64,000 nucleotides of DNA from an uncultured Candidatus Actinomarina sp. (GCA_902613615.1 CACMHQ010000005.1:14521-78520), one strand, 5' to 3'. Positions 37,790-46,937 are shown, counted from the stretch's first letter. The notes: generated by a model from the sequence alone, not told the origin. Translations and numbers: made by a program.

Positions 37790-39503
37790 CTAAGTTCCAG
37801 GCAGAAAAAAGGTCTTTGTAAGTTTGATTATTTTTTAACAAATTGTTATGGCTGTCAAAACCAATTAAATTTCCATTTTCCATCACCATTATTTTTTCAG
37901 CATTTAAAACTGTTTCGAGCCTATGAGCAATAACTATGGAAGTTTGAAAAGCCAAAAGTTTTTCGGTTGCATCTAAAATTGATGACTCAGATTCAATGTC
38001 TAAATTGGCTGTTGCCTCGTCAAAAACAATAATTTTTCGTTTTGCTAATACAGCTCTTAAAAGAGCTACAAATTGTCTTTCCCCTGCTGAAATATTTCCA
38101 CCTCTTTCTCCAACCTCTTGATCAAGCTTGTTTTCATATCTATCAAACCAATCGAGAACACCTATAGAAGATAATTCCTCTTCCAAAGATTCAAAATCAG
38201 GTTTTGAATACATGAGATTTTCCCGAATTGTTCCTCTGAACAAGAAGCTTTCTTGTGGAACAAATGCAACATTTTCTCTAACCCAATCTTCATCAACATC
38301 GTTAGAATCGACACCAAAATATTTCATGCTGCCATTTGTGGGAAGATAAAATCTTAGAATTAATTTTGCAATAGTGCTTTTACCCGCTCCCGTTTCTCCG
38401 ACAATAGCAATCTTGTCTCCTTTATTTATTGAAAATGAAACTCCATGCAAGACATTTTCTCTTCCATATGAAAAAGATACATTATCAAATTCAACTGTCT
38501 TTTCTAAATCATTATCAGGAAACTCTTCACCTTTTTTGCTCAAATTAGGCTTTTCATCAAGAATTGAGAAAACTTTCTTCATTGAGGAGCCCGCTGATCT
38601 CAATGTATCGTAATTAAATGACAATTGGATGAGAGGGTCAAAAAAATAGTTCAAATAAAATAGAAGTGCAACCAATTCTCCAACGGAAAGAGTTCCTTCA
38701 GATATTCTCTGAGAGCCAAACCATAAGACTGTTGCTATCGATGACACTCTTGTAAATTCCAAAAAAGGAAAATAAACTGCAATGTTTCTTGCTGATCTCA
38801 TGTTTGCTCTGAAATGTTCTTTATTGACTTTTTTAAATCTTTTTATTTGAGTATCTTCATCGGTATATGCTTGAATCACTCTGACACCAGAAATGCCTTC
38901 TTGAAGAGAGGATAACACTTGACCTATCCACTCTCTTACCTCCCAATAAGTTGTGTCAGCATAGTTTCTGAAAATTTTAGTTGCTATCGCCAATATTGGC
39001 ATAATCACAAAAGCAAGTATGGATAGTTGGACATCTACCAAAAAGACAGCAACCACAGCACCAAATATTGTCAACAATGCTGTTATCACACTACTTGCAC
39101 CTTCTCTCGCAAATTCATTTAAACTCTGCATATCTGAAGTAAGTCGAGCAACTAATACTCCAGTTTTATTTTTTTCAAAATAGTTAATATCAAGTGAAGA
39201 CATATGTCTAAATAATTTTTCTCTCACTCTACGAACATATGTCTCTCCAACCATACCTATTGAAAGCAAGGCCTGACTGGTGACAAAATAGAGAAGAACT
39301 AAGGTAATAAAATAAAATAAAGATTGCTGGAGAACATAGTTGTAGTCAGATTTTAAAACGCCATCATCAATTCCATTTGATATAAGGTTTGGTCCCACCA
39401 TTCTTAATCCTGTTGCTATCAGAGCAATTAAAGAGCTTATGAAAAACTTGTTGATTACCTCTGGAACCAATTTCATAGATCTTGAAAAAGTTTTATCTTT
39501 CAA
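37776..39503 (-). CDS. ABC exporter, fused permease/ATPase (heterodimer partner B)
   Basis: Six-TM domain plus NBD with 'GETGAGKST', 'ISAGERQ' and 'VFDEATANLD'. Confidence 0.9.
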   Translation of the reverse strand: MKDKTFSRSMKLVPEVINKFFISSLIALIATGLRMVGPNLISNGIDDGVLKSDYNYVLQQSLFYFITLVLLYFVTSQALLSIGMVGETYVRRVREKLFRHMSSLDINYFEKNKTGVLVARLTSDMQSLNEFAREGASSVITALLTIFGAVVAVFLVDVQLSILAFVIMPILAIATKIFRNYADTTYWEVREWIGQVLSSLQEGISGVRVIQAYTDEDTQIKRFKKVNKEHFRANMRSARNIAVYFPFLEFTRVSSIATVLWFGSQRISEGTLSVGELVALLFYLNYFFDPLIQLSFNYDTLRSAGSSMKKVFSILDEKPNLSKKGEEFPDNDLEKTVEFDNVSFSYGRENVLHGVSFSINKGDKIAIVGETGAGKSTIAKLILRFYLPTNGSMKYFGVDSNDVDEDWVRENVAFVPQESFLFRGTIRENLMYSKPDFESLEEELSSIGVLDWFDRYENKLDQEVGERGGNISAGERQFVALLRAVLAKRKIIVFDEATANLDIESESSILDATEKLLAFQTSIVIAHRLETVLNAEKIMVMENGNLIGFDSHNNLLKNNQTYKDLFSAWNLVNDL

Positions 39504-39504
39504 C

Positions 39505-41259
39505 TTAATTTTGCACTTTCTGTTCTTCTAAGAATAAATTCCTATAAGAAGATACATCCTCAAGAATTTCCTCATGTTTTCCTTGAGCTTTAATCCTTCC
39601 GTCCTCTATAAATAAAACCTCATCACATAATTCAATAGTTGGAACCCTATTAGTAATAATTAAAGTTGTCATTTTGTTCATAACATTCTTTAATTCATTC
39701 CTAATCTCTTCTTCAGTTGAAGCATCAACCGCAGAAAGTGCATCATCGAGTATAAGTATTTTTGGATTTCTTACAATTGCTCGTGCAAGTGCAATTCTTT
39801 GACGTTGTCCGCCAGATAATCCATAGCCACGTTCACCGACTTTAGTTTCATATGTCTCTGGTAATTGTGATATAAATTCATGTGCTTTTGCAATTATTGC
39901 AGCTTCTTCAACTTTTTCTTGCGAGGCCTCAATTGAACCAATAGCAATATTATCTTTAGCTGAATTTGAAAATAAGAAACTTTCCTCGAAAGCTAAACTG
40001 ACATTGCTCCTTAGCTCTTCTAATTTAATATTTGCAATATCTACTCCATCGATTTTTATATTTCCTGAATCGATATCGTATAACCTTGGAAGTAAATATG
40101 CTAATGTTGATTTTCCTGATCCAGTTGCACCAACAATAGCAATTGTTTTTTGACCACTAACCTTAAAACTAAGATCACTAAAAATATTTTCATTTCCATA
40201 ACTAAAATTTACATTTTCAAATTCAATACTTCCATTTCCATTGTCGGGAAAAGACTCTAGCTTTTCATTATCAAAAATTGAAGGTTGTTCATCCAATAAC
40301 TGTAAGATTCTATTTCCAGCTGAAACACTTGACGGAATTTCTGATAAAAACCACGCTGTTATTCTGAGTGGCCAAATTAATAATATTACGTACTGAGTGA
40401 AAGCTATAAAGTCACCTAATGTGATTAAATCATTTAATGCTAGGTATCCTCCAAGCAAAAGGACAACCAAAGTGATAATCATTGGTATCAGTTCAAACAT
40501 AGGAACAAATCTTGTTCTTAAATGTAAAAAATCTATAGAGGTGTCATAAATTTTTCCTATTGAGCTTTCTACTTTTTCTGATGCTTCATTTTCATTTCCA
40601 AAAGCTTTTACAACTCTGATACCACCTAATTGTTCCTCAACTTCAGTGGTCATCTCTGCCTCGGCCTCTTTTACCCTCAAGGAGATTTCCATTGCCTTTG
40701 ATGCAAAAATACCAGCTAACCAAAGAACTAGCGGAATCGATAATAGAACTATAACTCCTAGGATAAAACTTATCGATACGAGCGTAATGCTAAGTATTAG
40801 AAGAAGAAAAACATTAGCGGTTGCTAATGGTGCAATTGCAAAAGCAAGCCTTACTTGTGATGCATCACTTGATGCCCTTGCCATTAATTCACCTGTTGGC
40901 ACTTTATCGTGATATTTAAATGCAAGTTTTTGCATATGACCAAAGATGCTATTTCGAATCTCTGCTTCGACATTAAATGAAACAGACATACTGAAGTACC
41001 TTCTTATACCTATTGAAGCTGCTCGTATATAACCAATAACAATAAGAAAAGAAATGAAGACAACTATTATTTGGCGATTATTAGCAACAATACCATCATC
41101 GACAATTCTTTTTATTAGATATGGATGTAACACAACAAGGAAACACCAAATCACCGCAGACGACATTGAAATTAAAAAGTGTTTACGATTATTCTTTACT
41201 TCCTGAACATAAAACGTAAGAGCTCTTTTAAATTCTGCGGTTTTGAAGACATCAAACAT
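39505..41259 (-). CDS. ABC exporter, fused permease/ATPase (heterodimer partner A)
   Basis: Six-TM domain plus NBD with 'GATGSGKST', 'LSGGQRQR' and 'ILDDALSAVD'. Confidence 0.9.
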   Translation of the reverse strand: MFDVFKTAEFKRALTFYVQEVKNNRKHFLISMSSAVIWCFLVVLHPYLIKRIVDDGIVANNRQIIVVFISFLIVIGYIRAASIGIRRYFSMSVSFNVEAEIRNSIFGHMQKLAFKYHDKVPTGELMARASSDASQVRLAFAIAPLATANVFLLLILSITLVSISFILGVIVLLSIPLVLWLAGIFASKAMEISLRVKEAEAEMTTEVEEQLGGIRVVKAFGNENEASEKVESSIGKIYDTSIDFLHLRTRFVPMFELIPMIITLVVLLLGGYLALNDLITLGDFIAFTQYVILLIWPLRITAWFLSEIPSSVSAGNRILQLLDEQPSIFDNEKLESFPDNGNGSIEFENVNFSYGNENIFSDLSFKVSGQKTIAIVGATGSGKSTLAYLLPRLYDIDSGNIKIDGVDIANIKLEELRSNVSLAFEESFLFSNSAKDNIAIGSIEASQEKVEEAAIIAKAHEFISQLPETYETKVGERGYGLSGGQRQRIALARAIVRNPKILILDDALSAVDASTEEEIRNELKNVMNKMTTLIITNRVPTIELCDEVLFIEDGRIKAQGKHEEILEDVSSYRNLFLEEQKVQN

Positions 41260-41303
41260 ACTTTTTAATAATAAATGCCTAAGAAATAAACACTAAGGAC
41301 TTT

Positions 41304-42857
41304 GTGCATTATTTCACAAGCATATTAGAGTTCAATTTAGTGAACGATGTATTAGATAAAAAAATTGAAGATGTTTTAGATTCTGCTGACAGAATGTTCA
41401 TTGCAACAAGTGTGGGTGGAAACTCATCTGGTGCTTCAGTTTTCTATGCACGTGATGGAGAAGATCTTGTATTCTTCACATTTAATCCAACTAGAAAAGC
41501 TGAACAAATCCGTCTAAATCCAAGAGTTCATGTTGTCATATGGCCAAAAGGACAAGAAGGCATTAGAGGTTTACAGATAGATGGTGAATGTTACAAAATC
41601 AAAGATGAGGATGAAAAAGAAAAAGCTTATGAAATGGTTCTCTCAACTACTGAAGCTTTTAAAGAATATATGGAAGATGAATTTTTAAAGAAAAATGATG
41701 TTGTTGGTTATTACCGAATCAAACCAACAACTGTAAAATACGTTGACTTTTATCAGGAAGAGCAATTTGAGTGGAAAACATATCCAGCTAATAGAACTTC
41801 GGCTGTGAAGTTCGCTTTTAAGCTAGCCTTAAAAAGAGTTGGTCTGTGGCTACGTACTGTTAGAGCCCCCTTTCTAACAGCTACTATTGCGCCAATACTA
41901 ATTGGTGCATCAGTGGCATGGAGTGATCTAAAATCAGAAAATTTAAACAGTACGTGGTCATGGAACATGTTTTGGCTTGTATTAGGTGGTGCTTGTCTTG
42001 CACAGATAGCTACTAACGCATCAAATGATTATTTTGATCATACTTCAAATGCTGATGAGATAAACAAAGTCGCAAGTCCCTTTAATGGAGGAAGTAGAGT
42101 GATTCAGGTTGGTTTAATGACTCCTGGACAAGTACTTCTAACTGCATTGGTGAGTATTATTGGAACCGTTGGTATTGGTTTATATATTAACCAACAAATT
42201 AGTGGTTTTGTTTTTGGCAATACACCAATTCTTTGGACTGGAATAATAGGAACCTTTTTAGCACTTGGCTACACAGGTGATCCCATAAGACTTGGGTATA
42301 AGGGTTTCGGAGAAATCGCAATAGCTTTAGGTTTTGGGCCTGTAATGGTAATGGGTGCACATTATGTTCTTACTGCGCCAATACATAACAATGATTTGTC
42401 TCTTTGGAACTGGGCAGAAGCACTAATTGCATCAGTACCAATTGCGTTATTAGTAATGCTTATCGTTTGGATAAATCAATTCCAAGACGCCCCTTCTGAT
42501 GCAGCTGTTGGTAAGAACACTTGGGTTGTTCGTACGGCAGTTAATGATGGCTGGATGAGGTTAGAAAAACCATTATCTCTTTACAAACAATTTATGATTG
42601 AGGCTTTTGCATCTGTAGCTTTGATTGGAATTTTAAGTTTCTTCACTGATTTTGGAACAGTTTATGCATTCATAGCATTGCTTCCATTAGGCTTAGTGTG
42701 GAAAGCATTCAAAATGGCCGATGATTGGATGGTTAAATGGAACGATCCTGAAGCAGATCGTCAAAAAGTGCCTTACGAACTTCTCCTTGTAAATGTATCA
42801 ACTATTGGAATTCATTTTTTAACAGGAATACTGTTAGCTGTTGCTTATTTCATTTAA
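41304..42857 (+). CDS. menA: fusion of a pyridoxamine-5'-phosphate-oxidase-like flavin split-barrel domain with a MenA-type (UbiA family) prenyltransferase
   Basis: aa ~25-160 are PNPOx-like ('MFIATS..GASVFYA.DGEDLVFFT....KAEQIRLNPRV...W'). aa ~180-517 are polytopic with the MenA-type first Asp-rich motif 'NASNDYFDHTSNAD'. GTG start per the track. Confidence 0.75.
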   Translation: MHYFTSILEFNLVNDVLDKKIEDVLDSADRMFIATSVGGNSSGASVFYARDGEDLVFFTFNPTRKAEQIRLNPRVHVVIWPKGQEGIRGLQIDGECYKIKDEDEKEKAYEMVLSTTEAFKEYMEDEFLKKNDVVGYYRIKPTTVKYVDFYQEEQFEWKTYPANRTSAVKFAFKLALKRVGLWLRTVRAPFLTATIAPILIGASVAWSDLKSENLNSTWSWNMFWLVLGGACLAQIATNASNDYFDHTSNADEINKVASPFNGGSRVIQVGLMTPGQVLLTALVSIIGTVGIGLYINQQISGFVFGNTPILWTGIIGTFLALGYTGDPIRLGYKGFGEIAIALGFGPVMVMGAHYVLTAPIHNNDLSLWNWAEALIASVPIALLVMLIVWINQFQDAPSDAAVGKNTWVVRTAVNDGWMRLEKPLSLYKQFMIEAFASVALIGILSFFTDFGTVYAFIALLPLGLVWKAFKMADDWMVKWNDPEADRQKVPYELLLVNVSTIGIHFLTGILLAVAYFI

Positions 42858-43481
42858 TTGAACGAATCAGCTAATTTCTCTAATATTCACAAATTTTACG
42901 ACTTTATAAATTCACTAACCACTTTAGGTTTTGATAAATCATGGCGAAAACAAGCTGCTGAAAAATTAAACCCTGGAAATGTTCTAGATCTGGGAAGTGG
43001 AACTGGGGCTTCATATTCCGACCTTAAAAATTTTGATGTAACTGCCCTAGATCCTGATGAGCAAATGCTTTCATTAAATAACTTTGAGAAGAAAATTGTT
43101 GGTAAAGGTGAAGAGCTACCTTTTAACGAAAATTCATTTGATAATGTTTTATGTTGTTTCGTATGGAGAAATGTGACCGATACAGAGAAAACACTGAGTG
43201 AGGTCTATAGAGTACTTAAGCCTGGAGGTAAGTTTATATTACTTGATATGACAAGACCAAAAAATACTTTTTATAAACTAATTCATAAAATTGGGACATA
43301 TATTTTGTTGCACTTTGTTGGTTTCATAACATTGAATTTAAAGGAATATAGGTTCTTATATAAATCTCTTGATTTTTATCCTCAACCTGAAGTTCATTTG
43401 ACAAAAAACAATTACACAAATCTTGCTATAGAAAGAATTGGCTTATTTGATTTTGTTTATTTGGGAGTGTTTACTAAATAG
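42858..43481 (+). CDS. menG: class I SAM-dependent methyltransferase, UbiE/MenG-like (demethylmenaquinone methyltransferase candidate)
   Basis: N-terminal 'YDFINSLTTLGFDKSWR' as in UbiE/MenG, SAM motif 'VLDLGSGTG' and 'LKPGGKFILLD'. The TTG start directly follows the menA stop. Confidence 0.7.
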   Translation: MNESANFSNIHKFYDFINSLTTLGFDKSWRKQAAEKLNPGNVLDLGSGTGASYSDLKNFDVTALDPDEQMLSLNNFEKKIVGKGEELPFNENSFDNVLCCFVWRNVTDTEKTLSEVYRVLKPGGKFILLDMTRPKNTFYKLIHKIGTYILLHFVGFITLNLKEYRFLYKSLDFYPQPEVHLTKNNYTNLAIERIGLFDFVYLGVFTK

Positions 43482-43485
43482 AAGT

Positions 43486-44088
43486 CTACTGATTAGCTAG
43501 TTGAATTAGTAAAGCACCAACCATGTCTGCAGGAAGATTTCCAGTTCTTCTAGCAACAACATTCAAATCTTTATCTAAAAACACCCAATAAGGGAAAGCG
43601 CTAAGGCCATAAGCATTACCTATTTCACGATCTAGATCATAAAGTTGTGTCTCGCTCCATCCCTCGTCAGCAAGCCATTTTTGAGGTGGATAATTTTCTC
43701 TACCACGATCAATTGATGTTGCTATAGCAATAACATCTACACCCGGAGGAACACCAGCTGAATCAATAAATCCTTGAACTACAGGAACTTCTTTTTGACA
43801 ATATCCACACCAGTGAGCAAGGAATAATAAAGCTTTTGCATTACCATTTTTTTCTAGACTAACTATTTCGGAGTTTTCATTTGGAGCTGAAAATATAGGA
43901 GCAGCAAGGCCAGCAGCTACATTATCATCATTCTCTCCTGCAAATTCTGGAAGTAAATCTCCAGTAACTGTGGTTTCACCCTCTGGAAGTCCAGCAGCAA
44001 CAGGTTCAGAACTGAGTGTTACACCTATTGCGATTGCAAGCCCTAACACTAAAATAACGGCTCCAGCGATGATAAAGTTTTTATTCAA
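43486..44088 (-). CDS. membrane-anchored thioredoxin-fold thiol:disulfide oxidoreductase (TlpA/ResA-like)
   Basis: N-terminal TM helix and CxxC motif 'WCGYCQ'. Confidence 0.8.
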   Translation of the reverse strand: MNKNFIIAGAVILVLGLAIAIGVTLSSEPVAAGLPEGETTVTGDLLPEFAGENDDNVAAGLAAPIFSAPNENSEIVSLEKNGNAKALLFLAHWCGYCQKEVPVVQGFIDSAGVPPGVDVIAIATSIDRGRENYPPQKWLADEGWSETQLYDLDREIGNAYGLSAFPYWVFLDKDLNVVARRTGNLPADMVGALLIQLANQ

Positions 44089-44599
44089 CTAATTCCTTCC
44101 TTGCAAAATCATAATACAACAAAGCTACAAATATCGTTAAAAATCCGGTCCCTGCCATCACTGGAATACTTATAAAACCAAAAATATCAACGTATTTCAT
44201 ATCACATGGCACATCAACTGCACAGGTTCCACCTCCACCTCCACCGTTTTGAAGAAAAATATGATATGCACTCACAGCTACCCCGATAATACTTATATAA
44301 CCAACCCTAAAAAAAGATCGCTTAAATAATGAGATTATTAATGCAATTGCTATTGGATACATTAAGTACCTTTGATACCAGCAAAATCTACATGGTATAA
44401 AACCAACCACTTCAGAATATACAATACTTCCAATCGAACTAAAGACTGCAACTGAAATAGCGAAGTTTAAAAATTGATCAGTTATTAATTTACTAAAAGT
44501 TTTTTTTGAAAAGTAAAGATAAAGCATTGCTGCTGTAGATGCCCAGGCAATAAAAGTAAGGAATCCAAAAAAAGTATTAAACAAAATTATGAGATCCAT
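44081..44599 (-). CDS. disulfide bond formation protein, DsbB/BdbC family
   Basis: Four TM helices. First Cys pair 'PCRFCWYQRYLMYP' resembles BdbC. Second Cys pair lies in 'TCAVDVPCD'. Confidence 0.75.
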   Translation of the reverse strand: MDLIILFNTFFGFLTFIAWASTAAMLYLYFSKKTFSKLITDQFLNFAISVAVFSSIGSIVYSEVVGFIPCRFCWYQRYLMYPIAIALIISLFKRSFFRVGYISIIGVAVSAYHIFLQNGGGGGGTCAVDVPCDMKYVDIFGFISIPVMAGTGFLTIFVALLYYDFARKELVE

Positions 44600-44615
44600 A
44601 TTGAAATTTTAACCT

Positions 44616-44650
44616 AGAAAAAATGATAGGCGACATTTGTCGCCTATCAT
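44616..44650 (-). terminator. rho-independent terminator downstream of the rhodopsin gene
   Basis: Perfect 12-bp stem 'ATGATAGGCGAC'/'GTCGCCTATCAT' (44623-44634 / 44639-44650) with a 4-nt loop. On the minus strand it is followed by a T-run (plus-strand 'gaaaaaa'). Confidence 0.7.
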
Positions 44651-44670
44651 TAAAATTTTATTCGAAAAAG

Positions 44671-45333
44671 TTATGAAACTTTTTCTCCTGACTTAACTCG
44701 AGCCATTTGTAGAACTAATACACCAAGACCGACTTTGTTAATTATGTCAGCGATTGTGTATAGAACTTCTCTAATAGCATCGAAGTCTCCTGCAACAGGT
44801 GCAATGTATCCCAAAGGATAAATTATCCAACCTACAAGGATTAAGTTCTTAATGTTTTCAAAAGCTGCTGCTTCGTCACCTTTAAGACCTTCTCCTTCAG
44901 CTTGAAGATTTCTCATTAGCCAGATGTAAGTTGCCATAGCAATTACAAATCCTGTCCAATATTCGTTGCTTCCTGCTACTGATGTTTCACCGTAGTATCC
45001 TGCACCAATCATTACTGTTGCTGCAACTCCCCAGTTACGGACTGCCTCATTATATGCGGCACCCTTTCTTGTAACTGCAAGGACTTCCACAAACATCAAA
45101 GGAACGGTTAAGACCCAGTCAACGTATCTTAACCCTGTATCGTATGCTCCACTTTCCCAAGATGCACCCATCTTTTGATAGTGATACCATGCAATACCAC
45201 AGACAAGTGCTGAAATGTATACACCACGTCTGTGTTCTGGTTTAACTTCTCTTGATGAAGCAAGTAGAAATACTGTTCCTGCAAGCATTCCCACAGTTGC
45301 CACCATGAAAAGTCGGTATGTTAGTTCTTCCAT
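44671..45333 (-). CDS. microbial rhodopsin, proteorhodopsin/actinorhodopsin-type outward proton pump (220 aa)
   Basis: Seven TM helices. Helix C 'RYVDWVLTVPLMFVE' gives a D-T-E motif. Helix G 'ADIINK' carries the Schiff-base Lys with Asp at -4. The conserved His lies in 'AWYHYQKM'. RBS 'aaggag' upstream. Confidence 0.9.
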   Translation of the reverse strand: MEELTYRLFMVATVGMLAGTVFLLASSREVKPEHRRGVYISALVCGIAWYHYQKMGASWESGAYDTGLRYVDWVLTVPLMFVEVLAVTRKGAAYNEAVRNWGVAATVMIGAGYYGETSVAGSNEYWTGFVIAMATYIWLMRNLQAEGEGLKGDEAAAFENIKNLILVGWIIYPLGYIAPVAGDFDAIREVLYTIADIINKVGLGVLVLQMARVKSGEKVS

Positions 45334-45358
45334 TTTAGAAGTACTCCTTTTTTCTTTA

Positions 45359-45375
45359 ATGTGAAACGTTCACAT
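45359..45375. promoter_or_regulatory. inverted repeat 26-42 nt upstream of the rhodopsin start codon
   Basis: 'ATGTGAA' (45359-45365) and 'TTCACAT' (45369-45375) with a 3-nt spacer. It contains TGTGA/TCACA half-sites separated by 5 nt. Confidence 0.3.
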
Positions 45376-45461
45376 CACAAATGTACCATCCTTGTGAAAT
45401 AATTAAAATAATTTGAAAATTTTTTAATAAATTTTGTAACTTTATTTTTAAAAAATAGTAA

Positions 45462-46937
45462 TTAAAGAGTGGATCTGACAGACCATTTTTCTAAATATGG
45501 TTTCAAATTAAACTTTGTCGCTGTAGATTTTGATGTCATATACCTAATTTTTCCATAAATTGGTCTCTCTGGTCCCCAAGCTCTGTCATATCTTCCTAAT
45601 ATCCAAAATACTCCTGAGTATGAGTTTGGATCTCTTCCATCTAAGGCAAAACGATCATTTAAATCTATCAAATAGGAAAGTGCAATTTGTGGATTAGGCG
45701 TCCATTCAAGAATTTTCTTACCCCATAACATTCTTAAATAATTATGAATTCTACCTTCAGTTTTTAACTGATTTTGAGCTGCGTTCCAAATTTCATCATG
45801 TGTATTAGCATTTGTAAATTCTGATAAATCATAGATATATTCTCTTTCATCATTGGCATGATCGTCTAATGTTTTAATTGCCCAGTCTGGTAAAGATTGA
45901 TATTGGTCATAGTTTGCTCTTTTTACACAGGTATGATATCCAAGCTCTCTCCAAGTGATTAGCTCATCAAAAAAACTTTCGAGATTAGCAGATCCTCCCC
46001 ACCAACCTTCTCTACGACCAACGAAATTTGGATCTATACTCTCTACTGACCATGACTCACTACTAATAATTTTTTCAAAGACTTCATAGGTTGAAATATG
46101 TCCAAAATGAAAATAAGGTGAAAGCTGGCTACTTGCATCTTCTGAAGGATGACTTCTTAGTTTTGAGTAATCATTAAATCCTTTTTTTACAAAAAGATCT
46201 AATCTTGATTTCGCTGCATTATATCCACCAACAACATCACTAACCTCTACAGATTTATCAACATTTAAGTTATTTAAAAAATCTTGAGTGTTGACTTTAT
46301 TAAAATCAACAAGTTCATATTTCTTTAACATTGGTTCTATTAATTTTTCATCAAATTTTAAATTAAGATATTCAAGTGGATCTTTCTCAGGAACTTCAAC
46401 TAAAAAGTCTTCAATATTCTTGTGCATGAATCTTCTAAAGTCATGAGCACGTACATATTCTTTTTCTGCAATTCTTATTGGAAGTAAGCCATTTGAATCA
46501 ACCAATTCATATGTTGTTTGAATACTCCCCTTTGCTTCTGCTGTCATTTGAGGAACAAAATAAGTTGGATAATCATCTGTAATAACAACTGCAGCATTTT
46601 TTCCTAACTCAATCAATAATTTATCTGCTACACCCCTTTTTTCTTCAACATAAGGAAAATAAAAAGCTTTTGATTTTTCTGTTTGTTTTTGAATATCTTT
46701 CATGCCTTCAATAGCGAATTTGTGAAATCTAATGCTTGCCATAGGATAATCAATTGTCATTGGTTCAAAAATAAGTAAAGGTTTCGAGAGTTTGTTTGCC
46801 CATTCAATTGCACGTTGAAGCGAAAAATTATAATTTACTCTTCTAAATGCGATCATCCAATACAGAACATAGGGAGCGTCCATATTTGGCTGTTCATCAT
46901 TAAGTGTTGTAATTCTATTTATTGGCACTTCAAGCAT
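45462..46937 (-). CDS. phr: deoxyribodipyrimidine photolyase, class II-like
   Basis: 491 aa. N-terminal 'YVLYWMIAFRRVNYNFSLQRA' and C-terminal 'DPNSYSGVFWILGRYDRAWGPERPIYGKIRYM' are typical of class II CPD photolyases. Confidence 0.85.
   Translation of the reverse strand: MLEVPINRITTLNDEQPNMDAPYVLYWMIAFRRVNYNFSLQRAIEWANKLSKPLLIFEPMTIDYPMASIRFHKFAIEGMKDIQKQTEKSKAFYFPYVEEKRGVADKLLIELGKNAAVVITDDYPTYFVPQMTAEAKGSIQTTYELVDSNGLLPIRIAEKEYVRAHDFRRFMHKNIEDFLVEVPEKDPLEYLNLKFDEKLIEPMLKKYELVDFNKVNTQDFLNNLNVDKSVEVSDVVGGYNAAKSRLDLFVKKGFNDYSKLRSHPSEDASSQLSPYFHFGHISTYEVFEKIISSESWSVESIDPNFVGRREGWWGGSANLESFFDELITWRELGYHTCVKRANYDQYQSLPDWAIKTLDDHANDEREYIYDLSEFTNANTHDEIWNAAQNQLKTEGRIHNYLRMLWGKKILEWTPNPQIALSYLIDLNDRFALDGRDPNSYSGVFWILGRYDRAWGPERPIYGKIRYMTSKSTATKFNLKPYLEKWSVRSTL

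Noticed and set aside
44229-44245. The 'CCACCT' hexamer repeat in the DsbB-like gene, considered as a phase-variation tract
   Set aside because: There are fewer than 3 copies. Unit changes would stay in frame, and the repeat simply encodes a Gly6 loop.
44671-45333. The rhodopsin as a sensory, chloride/sodium-pumping or helio-type rhodopsin
   Set aside because: The helix C triad is D-T-E, not NTQ, NDQ or a heliorhodopsin pattern. No transducer gene is adjacent, and the Schiff-base Lys context matches proton-pumping proteorhodopsin-type proteins.
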